64,000 nt of DNA from Candidatus Latescibacterota bacterium (GTDB lineage Bacteria; Latescibacterota; UBA2968; GCA-2709665), in NCBI GenBank assembly GCA_963667175.2, contig CAXXXF010000016.1, positions 1-64,000 on the forward strand. Reading direction: 5' to 3'. Position numbers and translations under genes: made by a program. The notes beneath the pieces are model-generated. The model saw only the letters and a program-made list of their open reading frames with translations, was not told the origin of the DNA and searched no databases. Below are positions 9,870 to 20,210 of this stretch, piece after piece (positions within the stretch are counted from its first letter, which is position 1; every line of letters begins with the position of its first letter).

Positions 9870-9875
9870 GACATA

Positions 9876-11078
9876 TCAGGATTCCGGTCGAAATGCGGCT
9901 TCGAGGTGCCGAATCCGGGGCGTTTCGTCCGCGAAGGAAACGGCAATCACGTCGAAACGCGGGGCCATCCCGGGGTCAGGGTGACGCTGGAGATACGCCC
10001 TCGCGACCCGTACGATCTGACGCTGCTTGTTGAGGGTCACGCGGGTTTCAGGCGGTCCGAATCCGGTTGCGGTTGCGGTTTTCACTTCGACAAACGCGAG
10101 GGTTCGTCCCCTGGTTGCGATCAGATCGACTTCTCCTCCCGCGGCCCGATAGTTGCGACGGAGAATCCGGTAGCCCGCTTTCGCGAGCATGACGGCGGCC
10201 GCGTTCTCCCCCCGCCTGCCCGCCCATGGCAGGCGCGTTTGTGCCCGTCCCATGCGGCCGGAACGTTCATCCGGGCTTGTCTTCCGGGATGCGTCGCCCG
10301 CACGGTCGGCCGGCTGCACGCCGTTGAAGGACAGCCGGTGGATCCGACAGGGACCGTGCAATCGGAGCGCGCGCCTGTGGCTGGCGCTCCCATATCCCTT
10401 GTGGTCCGCAAATCCGTACCCCGGAAATTCGCGATGGAACGCCTCCATTAATCGGTCTCTGCTTACTTTGGCGAGTATGGAAGCGGCTGCAATGGAGAGG
10501 GAAGCCGCGTCGCCGTCGATCACGGCGGATTCGGGAAACGGGCCGCCGGGGACCCCTGCGCCGTCTACCAGTACGCGGTCGGGCGGTACGCCGAGCCCCA
10601 TTATGGCGCGTCGCATGGCCAGATAAGTGGCCTGCAGGATATTCATGCGGTCGATTTCTTCCGCCGAGGCCTCGCCGGTGGCATGGGCGACGGCGATCTC
10701 TCTGATCCGGTCGTAGAGCCCCTCCCGTTTGAGAGGCGTGAGCACCTTGGAGTCGTTCAGTCCGTGGATCAGGGCATCCGGGGGCAAAATCACGGCGGCG
10801 GCGACGACCGGTCCGGCCAGGGGCCCTCTTCCGGCTTCGTCGACGCCGGCAATACGTCGGAGTCCCCTCGCGTGCAGCCGCCTTTCCAGGACCCGCATTT
10901 TTTCCAGACGCGCGCGTTCAGCCGACACGGATCTGCGCCGTCGACGCTCCTTGAACGCCAGACGGCGCACGCCCGCGCGCGGGTCGGCGTCCAGGACCTC
11001 CAGAAGGGTACTGTCGATTTCGTCCGATTCACGCAGGAGGTCGCGAACCTGGGAGACGGTGAGACTGGAAAGGTTCAT
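9876..11078 (-). CDS. rnhB: Ribonuclease HII fused to a C-terminal YraN (UPF0102) nuclease-like domain
   Basis: IAGVDEAGRGPLAGPVVAAAV, LNDSK, IAAASILAKVSRD, HKGYG, HRLSF; then GRRGE..A..GYRILRRNY..GEVDLIA..FVEVK..RFDVIAV..HLEAAF in the same frame. Confidence 0.92.
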   Translation of the reverse strand: MNLSSLTVSQVRDLLRESDEIDSTLLEVLDADPRAGVRRLAFKERRRRRSVSAERARLEKMRVLERRLHARGLRRIAGVDEAGRGPLAGPVVAAAVILPPDALIHGLNDSKVLTPLKREGLYDRIREIAVAHATGEASAEEIDRMNILQATYLAMRRAIMGLGVPPDRVLVDGAGVPGGPFPESAVIDGDAASLSIAAASILAKVSRDRLMEAFHREFPGYGFADHKGYGSASHRRALRLHGPCRIHRLSFNGVQPADRAGDASRKTSPDERSGRMGRAQTRLPWAGRRGENAAAVMLAKAGYRILRRNYRAAGGEVDLIATRGRTLAFVEVKTATATGFGPPETRVTLNKQRQIVRVARAYLQRHPDPGMAPRFDVIAVSFADETPRIRHLEAAFRPES

Positions 11079-11125
11079 GGGAACGTGGGTCCGGCGGGTG
11101 TCAGAGGCGCAGAACAGTACGTTGA

Positions 11126-11154
11126 ATTATGGTCGAATGCGCGTGAACATGCAA
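11126..11154 (-). promoter_or_regulatory. sigma70-like promoter of rnhB
   Basis: TTGCAT-N17-CATAAT. Confidence 0.45.
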
Positions 11155-11477
11155 GAAAAAGCGCCCCGCCCGATGCAGACCGGATGGCGGGCTCGAAGGT
11201 TTGAGGTCCGGACCCGGCGCGATTCGGACAGCGCTCCGGCACGCACCCGCTTCGATCGAGCAGGAAGCATTCCTGACGAAGGTGCGGCACACGTTCGCCC
11301 GCGGCAATTTGGATTCAGCGTTGTATATGGTTATATTAGTCAAATTTCAATTTGAACTTCGGGCGAACGGCGATTGTCGGTTTGAAGGCGGCGGGAAACG
11401 CTGTCGACCGGGCGTGGAGTGTTCGACCTGTCCGCTGAGACGGAAAGCCTTCCCGAAGATCGTCCGCGGAGACGGTT

Positions 11478-13244
11478 GTGGAACCCCGAACCAAAACTGA
11501 GAATTTCCGACGGTTGCTTGAATTCATCCGGCCGTACGCCGCGAGGCTGGCCGGTGCGTTGGGCTTGACCGTGTCGCTGGCGGTTCTCGGGATGGCGCCT
11601 CCGCTAATCGTGATGTACATCGTTGACGAGGTAATCGTAGCCGGCAGATGGGAGATGCTGGAGGTCACGGTGGCGTTGCTGGTCGCCGTTCCGGTACTCA
11701 CGGCCGGTCTGCGTGTTGCAAACGCATATACACTCTCCTGGGTCGCTCACCGATTGATCCTGAACGTGCGGTTGACGATGTACAGGCACGTATTCCGGTT
11801 GGCCATTCGGTTTCATGACGAAATGGGAACGGGAAAGGTCATGTCGCGGATGATGGGTGACGTGGCCACGGTTCGCCAGATGGTTACGATGCAGATGCTG
11901 CGCATCGTGACGGACCTCATATCGATACTTGCGGCGCTGGGTATCTGTTACGGGCTGAACTGGAAACTGGCGTTGCTGATGACGATCCTGATGCCGCTGT
12001 ACGTTGTCAACTACAGGATTTTCATTGGTCCGATACGCGCGTCCAGGCGCCGGTGGCGGGAGAAGATGGACGACGTGTCGGTCGGGCTTCAGGAACGCCT
12101 CGCCGGGGTGAGGCTGGTAAAGGCATACGGACGTGAAAAACGGGAAGACAGGGCTTTCGCGGAGGAAACCCATGCGGGCCTTGATTTTGCAATGCAGTCC
12201 GATACGCATCGCGCCTCGGCGCGTTCCGGATTCTGGGTGGTGTCGGGAATCCGAAACACGCTGATTTTCTGTCTGGGTTGCTATTTCGTGATTCAGGGCG
12301 ACATGACCTACGGCGGTGTCATGGCTTTTCTTGCGTACGCAATGAGGGTATTCGAGCCGGTAATGAACCTGATGAACGTGGGCATTCAGATCGAAGACAT
12401 GATGGTCTCCGTCGATCGGATCTACGAAATCCTGGACCATCCGGTTGAAATTCGGGACGCCGCGGGGGCGGTGGACTTGCCCGTAGTGCACGGGCGCGTC
12501 GTATTCGACAATGTCGGATTCGAGTACAAAGAGGGAGAACCCGTGTTGAAAAACATCTGCCTCGACGTCCAGCCAGGGCAGACAGTCGCACTCGTCGGTC
12601 ACACCGGGTGCGGCAAGACAACGCTGACCAGCCTGCTGATGAGATACTATGACGTCACGGAAGGCGCAATTCGCGTGGACGGACACGACGTCCGGGAGGT
12701 GACGATCAGATCCCTCAGGAAACAGGTGGGCCAGGTGCTGCAGGATTCCGTGCTTTTTGACATGACGATTCGGGAGAACCTCGGTTACGGAAAACCGGAC
12801 GCGCCCGATAGGGACGTGATCAACGCGGCGCGCGTGGGAGAGATTCACGAGTTTGCGATGCGTACCCGAGACGGGTACGATACCCGGATCGGAGACGATG
12901 GCATCAAGCTTTCCGTGGGAGAAAAGCAGAGGCTGTCGATTGCGAGGGCGGTGCTCACCCAACCCGCGATCCTGATTCTGGATGAGGCGACTTCGTCTCT
13001 GGATTCGCTTTCGGAGGCCCTGATCCAGAAGGCGATGGCCGCCGTGCTTAAGGGTCGTACGTCGTTCGTCATCGCTCACAGGCTGTCGACCGTTTTGACG
13101 GCCGATCTGATCGTCGTCATGGATCGAGGGGAGATTGTCGAGCGGGGCACGCACGACGCGCTGATGCAGATAACCGATGGAAATTACCGGCGTCTCGTCC
13201 AGCAGCAGTTTGCAGACGTCGATTCCCGGGCCTACGCGGTCTGA
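11478..13244 (+). CDS. ABC exporter half-transporter (TMD+NBD), heterodimer subunit 1
   Basis: TMD followed by GHTGCGKT, non-canonical signature LSVGEKQR, ILILDEATS, IAHRLST. Confidence 0.92.
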   Translation: MEPRTKTENFRRLLEFIRPYAARLAGALGLTVSLAVLGMAPPLIVMYIVDEVIVAGRWEMLEVTVALLVAVPVLTAGLRVANAYTLSWVAHRLILNVRLTMYRHVFRLAIRFHDEMGTGKVMSRMMGDVATVRQMVTMQMLRIVTDLISILAALGICYGLNWKLALLMTILMPLYVVNYRIFIGPIRASRRRWREKMDDVSVGLQERLAGVRLVKAYGREKREDRAFAEETHAGLDFAMQSDTHRASARSGFWVVSGIRNTLIFCLGCYFVIQGDMTYGGVMAFLAYAMRVFEPVMNLMNVGIQIEDMMVSVDRIYEILDHPVEIRDAAGAVDLPVVHGRVVFDNVGFEYKEGEPVLKNICLDVQPGQTVALVGHTGCGKTTLTSLLMRYYDVTEGAIRVDGHDVREVTIRSLRKQVGQVLQDSVLFDMTIRENLGYGKPDAPDRDVINAARVGEIHEFAMRTRDGYDTRIGDDGIKLSVGEKQRLSIARAVLTQPAILILDEATSSLDSLSEALIQKAMAAVLKGRTSFVIAHRLSTVLTADLIVVMDRGEIVERGTHDALMQITDGNYRRLVQQQFADVDSRAYAV

Positions 13245-13290
13245 CACCCTCACGCACCCCGGTTTCCATAAGCGCGTTTTCTCATCCGGC

Positions 13291-15198
13291 ATGAACCCGT
13301 ATCTCAAACGATTCATAAGGATTTATATCCGGCCGTTTTGGATCCGGGTCGCCCTGGTGATGGTGTTGGCGGGCATCACGGGGTCCTATTTCTATATCCT
13401 GGGTTTCATCACGAAGACAACCGTGGATGACGTGCTTCAGATTCGACCTGGCACGGCGGTCGATTCCGGCGCGTCGCCGGCCGGTCAGGCAATGGCAAGG
13501 ATCCATAACGGAACCGAGGATCGACAGACCGGGCGGGACCCGCAACGGGTGTTGCCGCACAACTGGGATACGGATCGTCCGAAACCGGAGAAGACCCGGG
13601 CCGAGAAGATAAAGTGGCTCTGGATCGTGTTCGGCGTTTATATGACGGTGCGCCTCCTTTTTGCGGGAATGAACTGGTTTTTCAATTACAATATCGCGTT
13701 CGTGGGCAATCGGATCGTGTTTCGGGTACGTCTGGATCTGCACCAGAAAGTGCAGAAACTGCAGATGGCGTTCTTCGACCGGAAACAGATCGGCAAGATC
13801 ATGTCGCGCATTCTGGACGACGTGCAACTTCTGCAAAGCGAGGTTACCACGACCTTTGTGGACACGATCGGCCATGTGTCCAAAATACTGATCGGTATTG
13901 TGGTTCTACTGATAATCAACGCGGAACTCGCCGCCTTCGCGCTACTGGCGTTGCCGCTCTACGTGCTCACCTACAGGATGTTCCAGCGCCCCATCTCGGA
14001 GACGTTCGCCCGGATGAGAGACGCCTACGCGGACACCTACGGCACACTGGAAGAACGGGTTCGGGGCATCCGGGTGGTCTACTCCTTTACAAATGAACGA
14101 TCGGAACGAAGGTTATTCTTCCGACGGCTGGCATCCGTTTTCAGGCTTTCGGTGAGGAATGCGATGCTCAACGCCAGCCTTCGCGCGGTCTGTGCGTCCA
14201 TCAGCGCCGCGGCTGCCGCGTTGATCTTATTCTGGGGCGCGCTGATGGTTCGGGACGGAAGGATGACCGTGGGGGAGTTGATTTACTTCAATATGTCCCT
14301 TTCCAGTCTGTTTATGCCACTCGTTGCCCTTACGAACGTGAACGTGGTTATCAGACAGATGATTGTGGTGATATCGCGGGTTTTTGAAGTGCTGGATGAG
14401 GAGATATCGATCAAGGACCGACCGGGCGCGGTCACGTTGAAACGCCTGCGCGGACGGGTGGTGTTCCAAAACGTCCGGTTTCAATACAATGCCCTCGCGG
14501 GTGACGTAATACGAGGTCTGTCCTTCTCGGTGGATCCGGGCATGTCCGTGGCGGTTGTGGGACCTTCCGGCGCCGGGAAGAGCACCCTCTTAAGCATGTT
14601 GTTGAGGCTCTATGAACCGACAAAGGGTCGTATTCTGCTGGACGATTACGACATTCGCGACATACGACTCTCAAGCATCCGCCGTCACATCAGCCTGGTG
14701 CCGCAGGAACCCGTACTGTTCTCAGGCACAATTTCCCAGAATATCGTCTATGGCCAGGATGGCGCAACGCCGGACCGTATCCTGGAGGCCGCCAGACGAG
14801 CCGAGTTGCACGATTTCATTATGAGCCTGCCGGAGAAATACGAAGCGAGAGTCGAGGAGGGTGGCAGCAACCTGTCCGGCGGGCAAAAGCAACGCATCGC
14901 GCTGGCGATGGCGATTCTCACCGATCCCGCCATCCTGATCCTGGACGACACGACGTCGGCCCTGGACGCAGGCACCGAAGCCCGTGTCCAGAAAACCCTG
15001 GATCGGGTCATGGACGGACGCACGACGTTCGTGATCACGCACAGAATTTCAACGGCCGCCCGTGCGGACCGGATTCTGGTACTGGAAAACGGACGGATGG
15101 CGGGGTGGGGAACCCACGAGAGTCTGCTGTCACGGGGAGGGGTATATGGCCAGCTCTACGAAGAGCAGCAGCAGCCGGCGGCTGAAATTACAGGCTAA
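13291..15198 (+). CDS. ABC exporter half-transporter (TMD+NBD), heterodimer subunit 2
   Basis: TMD followed by GPSGAGKS, LSGGQKQR, degenerate Walker B ILILDD; ATG at 13291 preferred over the overlapping upstream start. Confidence 0.9.
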   Translation: MNPYLKRFIRIYIRPFWIRVALVMVLAGITGSYFYILGFITKTTVDDVLQIRPGTAVDSGASPAGQAMARIHNGTEDRQTGRDPQRVLPHNWDTDRPKPEKTRAEKIKWLWIVFGVYMTVRLLFAGMNWFFNYNIAFVGNRIVFRVRLDLHQKVQKLQMAFFDRKQIGKIMSRILDDVQLLQSEVTTTFVDTIGHVSKILIGIVVLLIINAELAAFALLALPLYVLTYRMFQRPISETFARMRDAYADTYGTLEERVRGIRVVYSFTNERSERRLFFRRLASVFRLSVRNAMLNASLRAVCASISAAAAALILFWGALMVRDGRMTVGELIYFNMSLSSLFMPLVALTNVNVVIRQMIVVISRVFEVLDEEISIKDRPGAVTLKRLRGRVVFQNVRFQYNALAGDVIRGLSFSVDPGMSVAVVGPSGAGKSTLLSMLLRLYEPTKGRILLDDYDIRDIRLSSIRRHISLVPQEPVLFSGTISQNIVYGQDGATPDRILEAARRAELHDFIMSLPEKYEARVEEGGSNLSGGQKQRIALAMAILTDPAILILDDTTSALDAGTEARVQKTLDRVMDGRTTFVITHRISTAARADRILVLENGRMAGWGTHESLLSRGGVYGQLYEEQQQPAAEITG

Positions 15199-15319
15199 CG
15201 GTCCGTTGAGAAAGTCCATCCGGGCCGCGTCCGGCCCTTGTGACCGAAATACGGCGTTGCCTGCCTGCAGCAGGCAGGCGCTCCCTCCCCGAATCCAGGG
15301 TTTCGCGTCGGTCGCGCGC
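15199..15319. mobile_element. MITE-like family A, copy 1 (right end truncated)
   Basis: Begins CGGTCCGTTGAGAAAGTCCATCCGGGC right after CTAA; aligns by eye with 24518.. and 31824..; carries a 19-bp CCTG..CAGG insert at 15260-15278. Confidence 0.8.
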
Positions 15320-15373
15320 GTGGACAAGGCGGGATTGTCCGCGATGTATATTGCGCGGATACGCCGGCTCTTC

Positions 15374-16147
15374 TCATTCTTCCTCATGCGAGGAATGACT
15401 GAGCAGCGTTTCGTCTTCGCCACTGTATTTCTTTATACAGAGGTCACAGTCCGGGCAGGGGCGATTGTAGCAATTCTTGTGCACCCGGATCGGATATTGA
15501 TGCTGAAACGCCTCGGAGCAGTGCTTGGAACAGTAAACGTACCGGTCCTGGTAACTGCCGAACGCGGCGTAGACGACGATGACGTCATCTTCGGCTAGCG
15601 CCAGGTCCTTTTCGCACCAGCAGCAGATACCGGCCTGTTCCCTTGCCCGGGCCGAACGCTTTTTTTCAATTTCCTCATCGGACCAGACGTATTCTATATG
15701 CTGGACGTTGTCTTTGGTGACTTTCGCGCGCACGACGCCATCCGTAATCCCCAGAATATAATCTCCCTGGGTGTCGAACGTGGTGCCGCACTCGATGTTG
15801 CGACCGGTTTTCAGATGGATGACGGACTTGCCCTCTTCGGGCGAGATGAACGAAAACCACCCGCAACTGGCGCAGACGCTCGTAAAGAGAAACTGCTGCG
15901 TCTTTTGGCCGCATGCGGGGCAACGGCCTTCCTCCATCATACGGATGTCCTGCAGCGTGGTCTTGGCGGCCTTCCTCACTGCAGCGTCGATTTCTTCCAT
16001 CGTTTCGTCGAGGTCGTTCGAATCTCTCTCGGTAAGCAGATTCAGGGCTTCTTCCACTTCTTCTGCCTGTCCCTCGATTACGATCTGCTTCTCACGCGCC
16101 GAAGCCGAATGATCCTCCTCGTCGCGCTTGAATATGCCCTTCAGCAT
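15374..16147 (-). CDS. Hypothetical multi-zinc-finger protein
   Basis: GAGGTG RBS; CPAC..CASC, CCWC..YCSKHC and HKNC..CPDCDLC clusters; acidic helical N-terminus. Confidence 0.8.
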   Translation of the reverse strand: MLKGIFKRDEEDHSASAREKQIVIEGQAEEVEEALNLLTERDSNDLDETMEEIDAAVRKAAKTTLQDIRMMEEGRCPACGQKTQQFLFTSVCASCGWFSFISPEEGKSVIHLKTGRNIECGTTFDTQGDYILGITDGVVRAKVTKDNVQHIEYVWSDEEIEKKRSARAREQAGICCWCEKDLALAEDDVIVVYAAFGSYQDRYVYCSKHCSEAFQHQYPIRVHKNCYNRPCPDCDLCIKKYSGEDETLLSHSSHEEE

Positions 16148-16342
16148 AAGGCGTCACCTCGTACTCGGGCCTGACCCGGCACACTGCCGATTGCGCGGCC
16201 GCCGGCCCGAAAATCAGCGGATTTTTCTCCGTTTATGGTCCTTCAATCCCAAATCGAAGGACACGGATATTCGTTGGTTGAATATAAACATCGATTGTCG
16301 ATAAGTCAATCCTGGGGGGTGCGAACCGGCCTGTTTTCCGTT

Positions 16343-17113
16343 TCAGAGGCGCCGCAGATGGAAACCGCCGTCGACGGGAATCGCCGCGCCGGTCGTAAAG
16401 TCGAAGTACCCCAGGGCGACGGCGGCAACGGCTTTCCCCACGTCGTCCGGCATGCCCCAGCGCCGGATGGGCGTAAGGCCTTCCGCGATCCGGCGATCAT
16501 AGATTTCTCTGGCCGGGCCCGTCATATCTGTTTTGATAATGCCCGGTCGGATTTCATTGACGGTGATTCCGTGCTCAGCCAATCTGACGGCGAACAGGGC
16601 GGTCATCATGCTGAGGCCGGCCTTGGAGACGCAATATTCACCCCTCGAAGTGGAGCTTGCAAAGGCTGAGATCGACGTGACGTTGACGATTCTGGCCTTC
16701 GCGACGACACCGTTCCTGCTGAGACGGATCATGTGGTTGGCCGCCAACTGGGTCAGGAAATAGGGGCCTCTAAGGTTGGTATTCAGGACTTCGTCGTAAC
16801 TCTCGGGTGTGGCTTCGAGAATGTCCGCGCGAGTCCGTGGGGCGATTCCGGCGTTGTTTACGAGCAGGTCGATCCGGCCGAACGCGTCCATGGCGCACTC
16901 GACCAGGCGCCTGCTTTCCTCCGCAACCGCAACCGACGCCCTGCAGACGCGCGGCCGCCGGTTTCTCTTCCGGACCTCGTCGGCCGTCCGCTCCGCGGCG
17001 TCCCGGTTGCTGTTATAGTTGACAACGATGTCATAGCCGACGTCGGCCAGACAACAGGCAATGGCCCGGCCGATACCCCGGCTCGAGCCCGTAACGAGTG
17101 CGACTGGGGCCAT
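16343..17113 (-). CDS. Short-chain dehydrogenase/reductase (3-ketoacyl-ACP reductase-like)
   Basis: TGSSRGIG, NNAG, YCVSK, RPGIIKTDMT, VDGG. Confidence 0.92.
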   Translation of the reverse strand: MAPVALVTGSSRGIGRAIACCLADVGYDIVVNYNSNRDAAERTADEVRKRNRRPRVCRASVAVAEESRRLVECAMDAFGRIDLLVNNAGIAPRTRADILEATPESYDEVLNTNLRGPYFLTQLAANHMIRLSRNGVVAKARIVNVTSISAFASSTSRGEYCVSKAGLSMMTALFAVRLAEHGITVNEIRPGIIKTDMTGPAREIYDRRIAEGLTPIRRWGMPDDVGKAVAAVALGYFDFTTGAAIPVDGGFHLRRL

Positions 17114-17498
17114 GGTCTTTCCTGACCTGACAGTGTGGGTGTTCCGCGACGGAACTTCAGGAGACCCGCAGCGGCTCGCTTCACCGATGCTGCTACACCT
17201 GCAGTCTCAACGGAAGAATCGCGACGTCTCATTGTCGAATGGATCCAACACCGTGACGTAACCAGATTTAACGGGCGCCGCATTAAAGATATGAATTTCT
17301 CCTCACAGGTGTGTTTTTTTTGGAGGTCGGGCGTCGTTATCCCATCCCCAGCGCCGCGTACGGAACGCGGGCATACGACGCCATAGTTTGCCGTCGTATG
17401 AGCCGTTCAGGGCTCGGCGGGGCTGAGGCGGGAACGAAAACACGGTTAACAGGCAGAACGAGGCGGCGGAATCGGGAATTACAACAAGGAGGCACGCA

Positions 17499-18269
17499 AT
17501 GGAAAATTCAGAAGCAGGACGGGTCGCGGGGCAGGTGGCCATTGTCACCGGGTCATCGTCGGGAATCGGCGAGGCAACGGCGATTCTGCTGGCCGCCGAA
17601 GGCGCTCGCGTCGCCGTGGCCGACGTGGACGAGGAGGGCGGACGAGGCACGGTGGACAGGATCGCGAACGCCGGGGGAGAGGCTGTCTTCGTCGAAGCCG
17701 ACGTGAGCGAGGCCGGGCCGGTGCAACAGATGGTCGCACACACGATGGAAGCATTCGGCAGACTGGATATTCTGCACAACAACGCGATCTGGTATCGCAA
17801 TGCGCCGGCCACCGAGATGGAGGAATCCGTGTGGGACAGGACGTTGAACACGGGACTGAAAGCGATCTATCTGGCCGCCAGGCACGCCATTCCTGCAATG
17901 TTGAGGACGGGTGGCGGGGCGATCGTCAACACGGGTTCGGTGCACTCGCTGGTGGGATTCGAAACGAATACGGCCTATGACGCCGCCAAAGCCGGAGTGC
18001 TGGGCATTACACGGGTCCTGGCGCTGGATTACGGGCCCGAAATCCGTGTGAACGCCGTGCTGCCGGGCGCGATTCAGACGCCGCTCTGGGATCGGGTTGA
18101 CGTCCCCGCCGGTGAACGACGCAGATTGGCGGAAATGGTCCCGGCCAAACGGGTCGGAACGCCCGACGATATCGCGTCCGCCGTGCTGTTCCTGGTTTCC
18201 GGCGAGGCGTCGTTCATTACCGGAACGTCGCTGGTCGTGGACGGCGGACTGCTGGCGCGAACGATGTAA
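17499..18269 (+). CDS. Short-chain dehydrogenase/reductase
   Basis: AGGAGG RBS; TGSSSGIG, HNNA, YDAAK, RVNAVLPG, VDGG. Confidence 0.92.
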   Translation: MENSEAGRVAGQVAIVTGSSSGIGEATAILLAAEGARVAVADVDEEGGRGTVDRIANAGGEAVFVEADVSEAGPVQQMVAHTMEAFGRLDILHNNAIWYRNAPATEMEESVWDRTLNTGLKAIYLAARHAIPAMLRTGGGAIVNTGSVHSLVGFETNTAYDAAKAGVLGITRVLALDYGPEIRVNAVLPGAIQTPLWDRVDVPAGERRRLAEMVPAKRVGTPDDIASAVLFLVSGEASFITGTSLVVDGGLLARTM

Positions 18270-18416
18270 GACCCACTTCCGAATTGCCGGCCCGGCCTCC
18301 CGTCCCGGATTGCCGGACGGGGTTTGGGCAGCAAGAGCGACGGTCAATCGCAGAAGGCATCGTGCGCGCGAGTCCGGGGCGCCGGAATGGACGGCAGGCG
18401 TATCGCGCCGTCCGGA

Positions 18417-20150
18417 TTACGCTGTGGAGCCGCCGGTCGAATCCCTCGATCGGGCGGTTGCCGATTCGTCCACTTCAAGCGCGCCCGGTCTGATGACAAC
18501 GCCGTATTCCGTCTCAGCGGCCTCCACGCCGTAATACCCTCGCTTCACGTCCTCCAGCACGGCCTTCGCCGGGCGCAGATAAGGTGCGCCGTACCCGCCG
18601 CCGCCGGGGGTTTCAAGGCGAAGGCAATCGCCTGCGACCATATGTACTCCCTCGTCCTTTGTGATATGCGGTGGACGGTACGCTTCGCCGCGAAGGGTGA
18701 ACGTGTGTACCGCCGGCGTTCCCGGTTTCCCGCCGTGCACGCCGAAGGGTCGGAACCGTCCCCGGTCTCCCAGAAGAGAAGCGCTGGCCTCGCCGCGCCG
18801 GAGAAGGAATTCGAGCGCCACGCCGAATCCACCCCGCCGGCAGCCGGGTCCTCCGGAGTCCTCGCGCAGGGCGTAGGTCTTGAAGAGAACCGGATACCTG
18901 GATTCGAAGATCTCGAGAGCCTGCGTGCGCGCGACGGCGATCGTTGGGTTGCCGTTGGTGAGCCCGTCTGTCAGGTAATTGCCGCCATAGCCCCCGCCAA
19001 TGAAGGAGTAGAAGACGAAATACCCCGTTTCGGGGTCGTCTCCGCCAACGGAGAGATTCGTGACGGTTCCCATGGGTCCCGCGTAGCAGCGGTCCGGCAC
19101 GGCCTGGCTCATTGCGCCCAGCACGGCGTCGATCATGCGCTGGCAGACTTCCGCCGCGCAGCCCGATACCGGACGCGGCGGAAGGGCGTGGAGAAACGTG
19201 TTGGATGGGATATTGAAGGTAAAGGGCTTGAAACAGCCCCTGTTGATGGGCACGTCCGGGAAAAAATGCTTGAAAGCGATGTAGACGCCGGCCATGGTCG
19301 TACTCAGGACGCTGTTGAGCGGCCCGCGACAGGGCGGGCTGCTGTCCGAGAGGTCGACGTGGACGCTGTCGCCGTCAACGGTCATTTCGAGACGAATGTG
19401 CAGCGGTTTCCAATCCACGCCGTCGCTGTCCATGTACTCGTCGAAGCAGTACCTCCCGTCGGGAATGGTCGAGATGTGGTTCCGCATCAGCCGTTCGGAA
19501 CGAAGCTCCAATTCGCTGACGGCCTCAAACACGGTCGCTTCGCCGTATCGATCCAGCAGGGCCGCCAGACGATCCGCGCCGAGGTTTAGGGATGCCACCT
19601 GCGCGATGATGTCTCCCTGGCGCTCGTCGGGCACGCGCACGTTGTGCAGAATGACGTCGACCACTTCCCGATTGAGCCTGCCTTCGTCCATGAGCCTGAG
19701 CGGAGGCAGCCGCAAACCTTCCTGGAACACCTCCGTGGCTTTCGTGGAAAAACCGCCGGGAACGCGTCCTCCAATGTCCGGCCAGTGTCCGCTGTTGGCC
19801 AGATAGAAGGCAAGTTTGTTCCCGTAGAAGAAAGGCTTGATCAATTTCACGTCCATCAGATGGGTGCCGCCGAGGTAGGGGTCATTGACAATGTAGACGT
19901 CGCCATCGGCGGGCTCCGTAAAGTGGGCGATGGAAGAGCGCACCGTGTGTTGCATCACGCAGATGAAATTCGGCAGGCCGCGCGGTCCCTGCACGATGAC
20001 GGATCCGTCACCGGCTGCATAGACGCCGCTGGCCCGGTCGAAACCGTCTGAAATCACGGGTGAGAACGCCATGCGTTCCAGCGTGGCATCCATCTCATCG
20101 GCGATTTGTTCCAGGCTGCCGCGGATGACAGCCAGCGTGATCGGATCCAT
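18417..20150 (-). CDS. Hydantoinase B/oxoprolinase family protein
   Basis: MDPITLAVI..EM...L.R.AFSPVI, NDPYLGGTHLMD, HWPDIGGRVPG, QEGLRLPP, DSGGPG..RGG, TPGGGGYG; GGGAG RBS before ATG at 20150. Confidence 0.93.
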   Translation of the reverse strand: MDPITLAVIRGSLEQIADEMDATLERMAFSPVISDGFDRASGVYAAGDGSVIVQGPRGLPNFICVMQHTVRSSIAHFTEPADGDVYIVNDPYLGGTHLMDVKLIKPFFYGNKLAFYLANSGHWPDIGGRVPGGFSTKATEVFQEGLRLPPLRLMDEGRLNREVVDVILHNVRVPDERQGDIIAQVASLNLGADRLAALLDRYGEATVFEAVSELELRSERLMRNHISTIPDGRYCFDEYMDSDGVDWKPLHIRLEMTVDGDSVHVDLSDSSPPCRGPLNSVLSTTMAGVYIAFKHFFPDVPINRGCFKPFTFNIPSNTFLHALPPRPVSGCAAEVCQRMIDAVLGAMSQAVPDRCYAGPMGTVTNLSVGGDDPETGYFVFYSFIGGGYGGNYLTDGLTNGNPTIAVARTQALEIFESRYPVLFKTYALREDSGGPGCRRGGFGVALEFLLRRGEASASLLGDRGRFRPFGVHGGKPGTPAVHTFTLRGEAYRPPHITKDEGVHMVAGDCLRLETPGGGGYGAPYLRPAKAVLEDVKRGYYGVEAAETEYGVVIRPGALEVDESATARSRDSTGGSTA

Positions 20151-20210
20151 TACAACGTTGCTCCCGATTGGAGTTCCCCGTGGGGACTCGATCGCGTTCG
20201 AGACCGTCAC

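Noticed and set aside
11280-11310. sigma54 promoter-like CGGCAC...TCGC upstream of the ABC genes
   Set aside because: The GG-to-GC spacing is one base short of the strict -24/-12 requirement.
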